This document shows positions 13,144 to 25,399 of a stretch of 64,000 bases of DNA, piece by piece. Source of the stretch: Squalus acanthias (lineage: Eukaryota); assembly GCA_030390025.1 (NCBI GenBank), contig CM059432.1:114578001-114642000 (forward strand), read 5' to 3'. The position numbers and the translations under genes are program-made. The notes below the pieces were generated by a model that made no database searches, was not told where the DNA came from, and worked only from the letters and a program-made list of their open reading frames with translations. Every line of letters begins with the position of its first letter. Position 1 is the stretch's first letter.

Positions 13144-15129
13144 AGTACGAGATCTTTTCTTGCATGTTCTTTTCCTAGTTATTGACACTGCCAATCAAAA
13201 TGGTGGTGTGTCGATGTTTTGCTGCTGCTGAGTTCACGAAACAACTGACTCAGCTGCGGATTGTGCAAGAGAGAACAAAGTTCCAATCATTATGGCTGAC
13301 TAGTAAATTTGGAAATACTGATTTACAGGCTGGGATGTGGATGTCACAGTGGATGGAGCTCTCGCAAACAGAAACAATCATTTTGGTGCCATGGGACTGT
13401 CAATCACCATACAGTGGAGATAATGAGAGTGGCAGAATATCACAAACTTGGGATGGCAAACAAGTAAGATTTGCCGGAGGTTTCATAACACAGTGGTGGA
13501 TTGGCCACCCATTATACGTCCTGCTCGGTTTTCCTTCTCATTGCCTTTAATCAGGCAGGGCGTATAACTGGTGGCCGATCGTTATTGCTCGTTTTACACC
13601 CGTCGAAGTTGAAGGTTCCGCCCACAGGAATGTGAAATGGATACACTGTTACTGATTACATGGTGTGCTGCTGGTGTGTGGCATTATGTACAGGTGCTAT
13701 CAGTCATAGTTGCACTAAGTAACCAAATCTCTGAGGAGTTAGCCGTTTATCCTTCCTTCTGCTTCAAAGCTTTGTGTGATGTACAGCTTCCTCAGAACGA
13801 TAGAATCATGCAAAGTTTCCAGGAAGCGTGTGCTGACACGCAGTATTTTCTGTCAGGGGCCACACACCATTTGCACGTTGAGGAAATAGTATGCCTTTCT
13901 ATTCAGGCAAGACATAGCATTGTGGGTAGTCACATACTTCCAGTCAGTGATGCCCTATACTCTGGAGAAACCAAAATTGTCAAAAAAAACACAACTTCCG
14001 TTCCTGCTTCCGCTGGTCTCTACTGAAGTGTATTCAGTGGCAATACAGGACTTCAGCTACATGCTTAATACATTTTCTGACTTCTGTGGTGCCCTATGTG
14101 GGTGCCAGGAAAAAATTGTGGCATGAAAGTTTGAGGAAGAGGTGAGCTTCAGTGCCATTGGTAGTGCAGTTCAGGTCTTTGACTGTGCCTGCAGGTCTTC
14201 ATGGCATCTCTGTCCGGCCTGTGATTTAACATGCACTGGTCTTCTGTCATACTCAAGTAGGTAACTCTGCTTCAGTAGATATGCTTCCTGAGACAATTAG
14301 TTCTTTAAGTGCTCTCCCTCCTATGCTTCAGGCTACCCTCTCCAGCAGTTGCCTCTGAACTATGTTAGAGCTGACAATTTAAAAGTCCTCCATTCATTTC
14401 TGGCAATGTTGCACTCACACTCACATATTCTCCTTTCTTCATATGACTAACTCCCACTCAGAGTGAGAATGAACAAATCATTTTCTTTTATATCTGTCCC
14501 TACCAGGGAAAGCTGCATGCCTTTTTAACTGAGGCTTTTAACCGAACACTGACAGTTATTAACAAGCCCATAACAAGCTTTTTTCCTTTGTAATTCTCTT
14601 TACACCCATTTTAAACTGTGAGCAAAAATAAGCCTAGAATTAATAATGGAAAACTGTTACCAATTTAGCTCACCAGTTTATTCAGATCTACTTTACCATT
14701 AACAATAATGGGAAGAATAAATATGAGCTAAACACTGAGGGGGAAAAATTGGTCCTCGCCACGCCTGTTTTTTTGGCAAAAAAGTTACATTGAGGAGACC
14801 AATTTTGGGTCAAGATTTCTCCCGAAAGTGTGCTGGCCGCAAAAATCACCCCGTAAGTGAATGCAATAAAAATTTATGTTTTGTCAGGTTTACCTTTTAT
14901 AATAGAAGCACACACGATATTGGGCCTCGGGCCTCAGTTAAATGAGACTGGGCATCCCCAGGCAGCTTGCCAACAAAGAGGCTTGGAATTTTAAACAGTA
15001 ATAGATACTGACTGGTGACTTTAAGACAGGAATCTGATTTCAGGCATAATTTGATAAAAAAAGAAGCCAGTCTTGCCATTTCCATAATGCCTGGATGGTT
15101 GCTTTGCAATTAACTGACATATCCATTAC

Positions 15130-15156
15130 CTTTTGTATAATTCACTGGTATACCCT
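15130..15156 (-). CDS. RIMS2: Candidate 27-nt RIMS2 microexon (phase 1-1), (x)GIPVNYTK
   Basis: ttatgtttatactgtag|AGGGTATACCAGTGAATTATACAAAAG|gtaatg. Open and frame-preserving after the phase-1 donor of exon 16562-16671. Supported by splice signals only. Confidence 0.35.
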
Positions 15157-15334
15157 CTACAGTATAAACATAAATGTAACTTAACTTACTGATGACAGCT
15201 CAAATTATCTCCTATAATGTACAAGAAGTCCTTAGTATTTTTAGAGATCATCAATATTATTAACCACACAACACGTCCAATATAAAATAAAATTTGAAAC
15301 CAGGCATCTAAACAAAACATATACATATATTTTA

Positions 15335-15344
<10 letters not shown>

Positions 15345-15372
<28 letters not shown>
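15345..15372. repeat. (TA)n microsatellite
   Basis: Direct reading; a similar (TA)n run lies at ~63136-63162. Confidence 0.95.
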
Positions 15373-15378
<6 letters not shown>

Positions 15379-15755
15379 AAGACATCTGAGTGTAGCTTTT
15401 CCTCTGAACAGTTTGTCCTTTTATGTTTTCTACCCACGCTCCTTTTCCAAAAAAAAGACTGCAATTGACACTACATGGTTTCCTGCCCATTCACATGCAA
15501 TGAACTACTTGTGACAAACTCCACTCTAGAGGAAAGTTCTAACTCTATTTTCTATTTTTATGTCAGATCTAGACAATTGGTTAAATTTACAAGTTCTGCT
15601 CTGCTTAAAAGAAAAAGGAAAATTAAAAATGTAATTACAGGTTTGGTAGTTCTGGACAACTGAAACCACAGGAAATCTATTGCAGTTGTGTTTATTTCTG
15701 CAGACGAAGCCCAAAAGGCTCCTCTACAAAAGTAACCCCATTTCTATTTACAAAC

Positions 15756-15788
15756 CTTCATAAAGATCAATTCCTTCTTCTCCATTGT
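15756..15788 (-). CDS. RIMS2: Candidate 33-nt RIMS2 microexon (phase 1-1), NNGEEGIDLYE
   Basis: Strong acceptor tttttttttctattgctttcttcccag|ACAATGGAGAAGAAGGAATTGATCTTTATGAAG|gtttgt. Open and in phase with the upstream exon's A|GT donor. Confidence 0.6.
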
Positions 15789-16561
15789 CTGGGAAGAAAG
15801 CAATAGAAAAAAAAACGGAATAAATAAAAAAAAATGAAAGGAAAAAGGAACGGCAACAAATAATCTTTCACAGATCAATATTAGGTAAAGCTGATTTGTT
15901 TCTTCCTTAACAGATACAAGAATAAAATATTGAGTTTTCTACATAATTTAATACTTTAGTTTAAAGCATCTCCTTTCCCCAGGTTCTGCTTTGCTCCATT
16001 CTAACACAATATGAATACTTGGGAGCAAATCAAACAATTAAATCATTGCACCGTAGTTGCACACAGCAATCCCAGCAAGTCTGGACTATTCCGATATGAA
16101 TACTGATGTTCTAGTTTAATTCTGCACTCTACAAATCTATTACTATATTCACATATGTAATACCATAGAGAAATAATTTAAGTGACTTTTGGGCCTTCTT
16201 TACATTTAATCTTAATTGTCAATGAACAAGTAGAATTAATTAGTTGCAAACTGCCAATAATGTATTATTTATATCATAATAAATACTTTGCAGCACATTT
16301 TTTTATGATTAAAAATGTTTATGTTGTAGTTCCGTTCCCTTGAACAGGCAGTGTGTCAGCATTTCTGTTGGGTGTGTGTAAACTCTTTAAATCCATTTTA
16401 CTGTTTGTAAAGATTTGTCATTCACACAACTTTCAAACAAACTTAAAGCCATCAACTTTTATTTTTGCAGCTTTTCAACATTGCCAAGCTTGAAACATAG
16501 TCTACTGCTCTCTGCCCATTTGATGGAATGATTAAGCAAGATTTTGGTTGTTCTCACTCAC

Positions 16562-16671
16562 TTCTTTCCAGGGTCCCCTTTGGTGGAAGCTGTGGTAGTT
16601 GGCGGCCCCTCCGTCCTGCCATTGGTGTGCTGGTTGGACTAGTTTGCACCGATCCACTGCGGGGATGTGAC
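16562..16671 (-). CDS. RIMS2: RIMS2 coding exon with the proline-rich RIM-BP SH3-binding motif
   Basis: tacag|G TCA CAT...GAA AGA A|gtgagt, 110 nt. Translates SHPRSGSVQTSPTSTPMAGRRGRQLPQLPPKGTLER, matching mammalian RIM2 (SHPRTGSVQTSPSSTP..GRRGRQLPQLPPKGTL(D/E)R). Confidence 0.95.
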
Positions 16672-18329
16672 CTGTACAATTTAAAAAATATAATCATTAT
16701 TTTTGTCAAAGATGTAGAACAAGAACAGGTATTCTACTTGCAAAATATCCGGGGAGAACTTGTGAAATAAGCTTATCCACCCTAGAATTAGGGCTTCATA
16801 AAATACGCATGGCACGAAATATCAAGTAGACAGGATCAAGCTACCTCAAACTACCCATTACGCATCACAGTAAAAACAATTTTAAGCAAATGTGTGAAAA
16901 ATGTTTTAACTAATCATGGTACTGTTCTCCAAACTGAATACCACAGCAAACACAAAAACATCATAGCATGTGAAAAAGAAAAAAAAAGTTGTCAGTTTAG
17001 ATAAAACATAGATTTCTGTAATCTATTTCAAATCGGTTGGTTCACAGGCAGAAGATCTTTATCCCTTTCCAGTACTGAAAGGAAGTTTAAATACAAAAAT
17101 AACAGAGCAAGATTTAATATATATTACATGAGGAAATATTTTATGGCCCTGTAATTTCTCCCTTAGAATGTACTTCATCCTGCTCATGATTAGAAGTTTA
17201 GGGAGAGTAATTTTTGCCAAAGTTTTGAAATTTGTAAAGACATTCAGTACTCAGAGGGTCAAAGATGCTTACCAATATAGTATAACAATTGGTCACAGAA
17301 TTAGTGTCTTTAGACATAGAATGGATAGGGTATCAGTCCATGAGCTTTTGGTTAATATGTTTTAATAAGGGTTTAGTTTATTGAGCAGCTTGGTTGATTG
17401 AAACCTTCTATGTTTGTACCTCATCAAAAATCAAAACAAGGTGATGCTTAAAGTAGTACCTTTTGTGTCACAAAGTACAATAAAACCATTGCAAACAGGC
17501 AGAAATGAGCATATTTAACAAAGGGAAGAAAAACATTATATAAGGAATGTTTGAGGAAAAGCAGGAATGGTGCAAAGGTCACAATACAGGAAGGGCCATT
17601 TTTCAAAATTATTACCCAAAGGGGAAAAAATACTTTTTGTCTTTCTGTCTTATTTTCGATAAAGTTGCTAGTTATGTTCATTAGTAAATAAACTTGTGAT
17701 GACAGCAAACCTTTTAATGAGCCACTGGGTATTATCTCAGCTGTTTAAAATGCATTCCCATTATAACTAAAGTACATAAAATGCTAGTAGTAGATATTGT
17801 ACATTATGTGTTTCTATAATAGGGACTTTCCTCCTCCCAGCCAGGAAATATGCATGGACTATTGTCTTAACGATTGTTACGCACTAAGCATTGTGATTGC
17901 AAGTTGCAATTAATAACATGATCAACATATAAAACAGCATTGGTACCAAAATGCTATTTGCTCTGCAGGTGACAAGTGGATTAAAGACTGCATCCAATTC
18001 CTTTTAGTGATCTTTGAGCTGTAAGAGAAAACCAGGATAACCACAAAGTGCTTAATGCAGCAGACTTTCCAGGCTTCTTAACGCATTGTGATTCACATAA
18101 CAGATGCCGCTAAAGAATGTTGATAAACAAAATGCATGATGCCCACACCATTATATCCGTGCAAGGATATAAGTGCTGTGTTTATTTCTATAAGGAGATT
18201 AGTACTGAGGGCTTCTAGTGGCTATTCTATGATGAAGGAGGGAGACATCACTCAACTACAGGAAAAATAAAGGGTGAGTCGGCACGGGGGTAAGGTGATT
18301 AGTCTGGCAGTTTGATGTATCTCTTTCAC

Positions 18330-18509
18330 CTCGTTAGTGCAGGTGAGGGAGGGGCAGATCTTCCCGATGTTAATGATGGCATCGATCTCATGACGTTTGT
18401 TTCGGCACGTTCAGAGGATCTGGAGCGGGAGTTCATCCGCTCAAGCACAGGCCGTTGCTCTGATGATCTGGATCTCTGATATTCCTGTCTATCGGATGCC
18501 TCACGATTC
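18330..18509 (-). CDS. RIMS2: RIMS2 coding exon (180 nt, phase 2-2), central alternatively spliced region
   Basis: tacag|G AAT CGT...ACG AG|gtgaaa. Translates NREASDRQEYQRSRSSEQRPVLERMNSRSRSSERAETNVMRSMPSLTSGRSAPPSPALTR, homologous to RIM2 DCEAADRQPYHRSRSTEQRPLLER...RSMPSLMTGRSAPPSPALSR. Splices in frame to 16671. Confidence 0.95.
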
Positions 18510-20083
18510 CTGTAATGTCAGTCAAAAAGCCACTCAGTTGAACTTTAACCTTTCAAAAGCAAGTGTTTATGACATGATTGTGAACCTCTGGCCTTATCCA
18601 AAGTCAGACTTATTTAACAGGTGAATGTCTATGTACAATCTTGAGAAAGAGACTAAAACCACTATGGTGCTGGACGTGTCACCAACACTGTAGCCATCAA
18701 GACTTTGGAGTTTCAGATGCTTTAGTAAAACTGAAAGAGATTAATCCTTAAGTTAAAGAAAATCCTGAATTTCCTTTATACCTTCTGATATACTTAACAT
18801 AGAATAATTTTTCAGAGCACATCTTTGCCAGAAGATAACACCTACAATGGAAAGAAACAGCCTTGAAAGAAAATGGGTTGAGCCAAGTCGATCAATCTGT
18901 CTTTATAAAATGCACGAGAGCTCGATACCAACCAGGCTGTCCAAACATTGCATTAGATTCAATACAAAGCAATATTATGTGCTTTAGACAGAGTAAATAA
19001 AGTAATATATACAGTAATCTTTGAGAATATTAATCCTTGAAAAAAAGACATTCAATAAGGTACTATTTATTATTTGATTCATGTTGCAAAATAAGTTTCA
19101 GAATTTTTCCCCATAGCATTGTTGAGTCCAGCGCAACACATTTGGTCAGCACCAACATTGTCCAAATCATTTGTTGCTATATCAGGCTCTCATACTTCTC
19201 TCTGTGTCACATTATTTTAGGACACATGGATGCAAAATTAGCCGGAAACAGACTGTGTTTTGCAAATTAAGCTAAATAATGTATAGCTCAAAGGTTTCCA
19301 TTCACTGTGACTTCATGGTGTTTCGGTAGCTGCAGCAACAGTAACCCATCTAGGGTTCAAATGAAGCATTTATCTATTTAAAACTAGACTTAAGCTGTTG
19401 AGAATGTGTATTTTTTGGACTAAAATACATTTTGTAATATTAACGAATACTGCTCCAGCTAGATTCAGATCTGAGGTTTCTTTTTATTTCTTTTGTTGAA
19501 GACATTGTAGAAAGTTGGGTGACAATCGTGTGTAGCAACTGAGCCCCACTGCTTGCAAGAAGCAGACTGTGACATCATTGTATTCATGTATTTACCAGAC
19601 TTTCACTTTCCAGACACTTCAGTGGGCTAATTGAAAGTGGAGTGTGGTTGTGGGACATTGCAGGGAGAGCTCCCACATTTTCCAGTGCATCTGTATGTAG
19701 AAACATTCAAGTGGAAGAACTGAACCCTGGCAATACTTGGGTGAACGGCTCTCACCTTTATGGAATGTTCACATTTCGGGCATTTCCATCAGGACTGCAC
19801 ATTTATATTTCCTTCACATACGGATTATACATTGCAAAGAAACAATAAAACTTCAAATGTGTCGTATAAAGCCTTATCTATAGGAGTCAAAGGTTGCCAA
19901 ACCTCTTGCTGGCCACAATCTGCATAAAGAATTAACAAGTCCTTCAATTCATGGCTTCTCATTTTCACCAATATGAAAGCACTATGTATCTGTTGTACTT
20001 GTAGTGTCCTGTACTACACAGTGGAGTAAAGTTCTGTGCTGCTGTTTGTTAGCTGAATATGTTTTCAGCCACTGTGACTTCAT

Positions 20084-20814
20084 GGGCCCGTAATTTCCGA
20101 TAGGAGGCTTCCTGCGTGCGGATGCCTTCTATCGGTAAAAAAATCTACGAACTTACCTGAGGGCTCCCGAGGTCCGGACACTTCGCTCCTGGGCCTCTCC
20201 AAAGTCGAAATGCGCAGGGCCCAGGTATCCCAGGGGCGCATGGAGTTCGCAAGCGTCCCTGGAATCACGTGGGCCAGGCCAGCCAATAGGAGAAGGGAAT
20301 CTCCCTTCATACTTTTGACAGATAGACCTGTCAAATATATGAATGGAAATCACCCCGAAAAGACACTAAAACATTAAATAAATTTTTTAAAAACTATCAC
20401 GCTTTTAAAATGAGTTAAAATTACATTAAATTAAATATTTTAAACAAAAATTAAATTTTTTGAAAAAAATAATTGAAGTTTTTTACGGGGCTAAAAGTAT
20501 TTTTAAATTATAAATGAGTGAAAAACAATTTTTTTTTTTACTTTTCAACTCTTATGCTGGTAAAAGCAGGCCTTACGCCTGCTTTTACCAGGCGTAAGAT
20601 TTCTAAGGGTTTTCAGTGGGCAGAGGTTCTGCAGAAAGCGGAACTCTCCCCCCGCAGAGGCCCTTCTCTAGGGCAGGCGTCCGATCTGTCAAGAGAATTC
20701 TTGACAGATCGGAAATGCCGGTTTTCAGCGCATGCCTGAAACCGGCATTTCCGATGTCCCTACAGGTGTGTACACAGCCCTTACACACCTGTAGGCATCG
20801 TAAAATACGGGCCA
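20084..20814. mobile_element. Non-autonomous DNA transposon (Harbinger-type MITE), family A
   Basis: TIRs GGGCCCGTAATTTCCGA / TCGTAAAATACGGGCCA, an AT-rich centre and several internal hairpins. Homologous to 27380-28143. Confidence 0.75.
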
Positions 20815-21157
20815 ACACGTGTCTTTTGCAACTCTTCAGCAGTCACAGCAACTCATCCATAACTTCAATCAGTTTAATCCTTCAAAATTAAAATATTTTA
20901 ACATGTGGTCTTGTTTGCTTTCCACTGCAGCCTCCCCCCGCCCCTCCACACTTTATGGTGGCTTTTATAGCAAGCAAGAGTACCCAAACATTTAATGAAT
21001 TGGAGTAAGTGATTCACAACTAAAAACACCTTTTTACATTGTCCCATTGTCAGTTTCTGGCTCCAGGAAGCAACTGTGCAGCGTAAATAGGAGTTGTAAC
21101 AAATGACATCACTCGAGAGAAGTGGGTAGAAGTGAGTTAGACATAAATGATCATTCT

Positions 21158-21310
21158 TATAGAATCATAGAATGATACAGCACAGAAAGAGGCCATTCAG
21201 CCCATTGTGCCTGTGCCGGCTCTTTAAAAGGGCTATCCAATTCGTCCCACTCCTTTGCTCTTTCTCCATAGCCTTGTAATTATTTTTTCCTTCAAGTATT
21301 TATCCAATTC
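21158..21310 (-). mobile_element. 3' end fragment of a CR1-type LINE
   Basis: (ATAGAATC)n tail followed by acagcacagaaagaggccattcagccc, the reverse complement of the CR1 3' ends seen at ~52200 and ~53950. Confidence 0.7.
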
Positions 21311-21689
21311 TTGCAGCAGACAAAGAGTTAACGGAGTTGATGTTTAATGCTGAGTTGTTCTGTGAGGTGCCAGTCCAAGCAAGTACCAACAGAACTGTTT
21401 TCAGTATCATTCTAGATCTGCATCAGATTGTGTCATCGGCCTGCTCGTCAGTTCTGCTGATTTTACCTACATTCGTAAAAATTCCCAGTGTAAGGAAACA
21501 TCTTTCACAAATGTATCAGTAATATATGGAGCCCGAAAAATAAATCTGGCCTCATTTAAAAGTGCTTAAGAGGAACCTAAGGACCTTCAAAGGCTGCAAC
21601 AAACTGCTCAAATGCTAGACTATAACATTGCATATATGATTGCTAATCAAATAATCTTAAAATAGGTAAACCCTTTTTATTAACTTGCT

Positions 21690-24600
21690 AATGTTATGAT
21701 AGATCACCATGTATTGCTAAAATCATGATTTAGTATCTCATTCTGTTTTTGAGGATAACTTAGGCCATAGCACCTGACAAGGTAACAATGACCAGGATAC
21801 CATTCTAAGCCAAAGAAAAATGGAACTCCACCAGATTGGGAAAGCTATAAAAAGCAGCAGAAGGATACAAAAAGGTAATAAGGTGAAAAAAGGGAATAAG
21901 AAAAAAGCTTGCAAGCAATATGACGGCTAACAGCAAATGTTTTTGCATAAATATTAAGAGAAAAAGAGTGATAAAGGGAATTTGGGCCCATTAAAGAGAC
22001 TCTAATGGAAAATAATTGCAGACTTGTTAACTGTGTATATATTTTTTTATTCGTTCTTGGGATGTGGGCGACGATGAAGGAACGGAGATATATTTCCAAG
22101 TCAGGATGGTGTGTGACTTGGAGGGGAACTTGGAGGTGGTGGTGTTCCCATGGGCCTGCTGCCCTTGTCCTTCTAGGTGGTAGAGGTCGCGGGTTTGGGA
22201 GGTACTGCTGAAAAAGCCTTGGCGAGTTGCTGCAGTGCATCTTGTAGATGGTACACACTGCAGCCACGGTACGCCGATGGTGGAGGAGGGAGTGAATACT
22301 TCAGGTGGTGGATGGGGTGTCTTGTAGATGGTGGAAAGGCTTTGGGGAGTCAGGAGGTGAGACACTCGCCACAGAATACCCAGCCTCTGACCTGCTCGTG
22401 TTGCCACAGTATTTATGTGGCTGGTCCAGTTAAGTTTCTGGTCAATGGTGACCCCCAGGATATTGATAGTGGGGGATTTGGCGATGGCAATGCTGTTGAA
22501 TGTCAAGGGGTGGTGGTTAGACCCTCGCTTGTTGGAGATAGTCATTGCCTGGCACTTGTGTGGTGTGAATGTTGCCTGCCACTTATCAGCCCAAGCCTTA
22601 ATGTCATCCAGGTCTTGCTGCATGGGGGCATGGACTGCTTCATTATCTGAGGAGTTGCGAATGGCACTGAACACTGTGCAGTCATCAGTGAAAATCCTCA
22701 CTTCTGACCTTATGTTGGAGGGAAGGTCATTGATGAAGCAGCTGAAGATGGTTGGGCCTAGGACACTGCCCTGAGGAACTTCTGCAGCGATGTCCTGGGG
22801 CTGTGATGATTGACCTCCAACCACCACAACCATCTTCCTTTGTGCTAGGTATGACTCCAGCTAGTGGAGAGTTTTCCCCCCGATTCCCATTGACTTCAGT
22901 TTTACTAGGGCTCTTTGATGCCACACTCTGTGAAATGCTGCTTTGATGTCAAGAGCAGTCACACTCACCTCACCTCGGGAAATCAGCTCTTTTGTCCATG
23001 TTTGGACCAAGGCTGTAATGAGGTCTGGAGCCGAGTGGTCCTGGCGGAACCCAAACTGGGCATCAGTGAGCAGGTTATTGGTAAGTAAGTGCTGCTTGAT
23101 AGCACTGTCGACGACACCTTCCATCACTTTGCTGATGATTGAGAGTAGACTGATGGGGCGGTAATTGGCCGGATTGGATTTGTCCTGCTTTTTGTGGACA
23201 GGACATACCTGGGCAGTTTTCCACATTATTGGATAGATGCCAGTTTTACAGCTGTACCGGAACAGCTTGGCTAGAGGCGCGGCTAGTTCTGGAGCACAAG
23301 TCTTCAGCACGATAGCCAGGATGCTGTCGGGGCCCATAGCTTTTGCCGTATCCAGTGCGCTCAGCCGTTTCTTGATATCACGTGTAGTGATTTGAATTGG
23401 TTGAATACTGGCTTCTGTGGTGGTGGGGACTTCAGGAGGAGGCCTATATGGATCATCCACTCGGTACTTCTGGCTGAAGATGGTTGCAAATGCTTCAGCT
23501 TTGTCTTTTGCACTCATGTGCTGGGCTCCACCATCATTGAGGATGGGGATATTCATGGCGCCTCCTCCTCCCGTTAGTTGTTTAATGGTCCACCACCATT
23601 CACGACTGGATGTGGCAGGGCTGCAGAGCTTTGATCTGATCCGTTGATTGGTGGATCACTTAGCTCTGTCGATAGCATGCTGCTTCTGCTTTTTAGCATG
23701 AATGTAGTCCTGTGTTACAGCTTCCCCCAGGTTGGCACTGCATTTTTAGCTATGCCTGGTGCTGCTCCTGGCATACACTCCTTATTGAACCAGGGTTGGT
23801 CCCCTGGCTTGATGGTAAACTGTATCTCTTATCACAGTAGAGAAAGAGGACAATACCACTGGTACACGGGAACCTACAAATAAGTCAAGGGGAGGAAATT
23901 AGTGAATTTAATGTAAATTTTAAAAATGGTATTTAAGAAAATAATGAGACTTAAGATAGACAAATCTCCAGGACCTGATTGTTTCCACTCCAGGGTATTA
24001 AAGGAAATAGCTAAGGAAATTGCAGATTATTTATAATATTCCAAAGCTCTCTAGATTCAGAAATTGTGCCTATGAATTGGAAAATCGCAAATGTCAATCC
24101 ATTATTTACGAAGGGAGGCAGAGAGAAACCAGGTAACTACAGACTTGTCAGTTTAACATCAGTTGTGGAGAGGTTATTGGAATCTATCATGAAAGAAAGA
24201 GTGACTGAACATTTGGAAAGTATGATACAATGAAAGAGTCAGCCTGGATTTGTGAAGGGTAGGTCATGTCTGTAATCTAGTTGAATTTTTTGAGGAGGTC
24301 ATTGGCATGGGGGATAGGGGAGTGTCTATGGATGTTGTCTATGTGGACTTCAGAAGGCATTTGATAAAAGTTCCACACAAGAGATTATCAAAAATTAAAG
24401 TGCACGGAATTGGAGGTAGCCTTGTGACATGGGTTGATAATTTGTTGGGAGGTAGGAGACAGCGCACGTACTGGGGCCTCAGCTTTCACCATATATATTA
24501 ATGACTTGGATGAAGGAAGAGAGAATTGTATATCTAAATTTGCAGATGACACTAAGTTAGGAGGCATAGTAAGTTGAGTAGATGGGAGCAGGAAGTTACA

Positions 24601-24880
24601 AAGGCACATTGACAGATTGAGTGAGTGGGCAAAACTGTGGCCGATGGAGTTCAGTGTAGGGAAGTGCGAGGTCATCCACTTTGGATCCGAGAAAGACAAT
24701 TTGGAATATTTTCTTAATGGGGAAAGACTAGGAGCTGTGGAGTAGCAAAGGAATTTAGGTGTCCTTGTACAAATTACTAAAAGCTAGTGCAAAAGTACAA
24801 AAATCAGTCAAAAAGGGTAGTGGACTGTTGGCCTTTATCTCAAGAGGGTTCGAATACAAAAGTAAGGAAGTGATGCTGTA
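21690..24880 (+). mobile_element. Old, degenerate CR1 LINE ORF2 fragment interrupted by a younger LINE
   Basis: Frameshifted RT motifs (DKSPGPD..HSRVLKE, NYRLVSLTSVV, MDVVYVDF, SKFADDTKLGG, KCEVIHFG) collinear with the better-preserved CR1 at ~50000-52250. The sequence resumes after the insert at ~22041-23815. Boundaries approximate. Confidence 0.8.
22041..23815 (-). mobile_element. 5'-truncated non-LTR retrotransposon (CR1/L2-group RT) with an A-rich 3' end, nested in the older CR1
   Basis: ORFs 22861-23556 and 22027-22833 give RT motifs NYRPISLLS, QFGFR, ALDIKAAF, VPQGSVLGP, FTDD (from FADD) and LGVTIDQKLNW. Disrupted by a stop, frameshifts and an internal deletion. The 3' end reads ...GAACGAATAAAAAAA. 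Confidence 0.9.
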
Positions 24881-25399
24881 CCAAACTGTCCGTCTGAGCA
24901 CCTGAATGGGTTTCCTTCAGTTGATGCTCAGTTTGGTTTCCAATGGACACCACGAGACCAGATTGTCTCTTCACTTCAGCATTATAAATAATCAATCAAT
25001 TACAAGTAAGGTGTGGAAATCCTTGAAGATGCCAGTATGGTTTCCTAAAAAAATATTTGCCAGTGATGCACATGTGTGCCGTTCCCCATTATGATATTTT
25101 TACCACACAATTCCCCTTCCCTCTCCAACATGGCTCTGCCTGAACATAATCTTCCACCCTCCCCAAACAGAACCATGTGCCACCCCGCCAGCAACCCCAC
25201 ACTCAACACATATCTCCCTTCCCCGCTGAACAAAGTCACAGAACTGGGGCTAGGAAATCAAACAACATCAACAGCTTGCTTTTATATACGAAGAGTGAAT
25301 TTAAATTTCAAATTAGAAGAAACTGATTTATAATAAAATATGGAGTACAATTCAAAGTGGATAAAGATCAGAAAAAGCAAAGCCCAAAAAAAGTCAAAG

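Noticed and set aside
13182..14126. ORFs of 122, 129 and 68 aa next to the satellite
   Set aside because: No recognisable domain, and they are antisense to RIMS2; consistent with chance ORFs.
15190..15211. 22-nt minus-strand segment with tatag acceptor and gtaagt donor
   Set aside because: It is not a multiple of three and would frameshift RIMS2; there is no other support.
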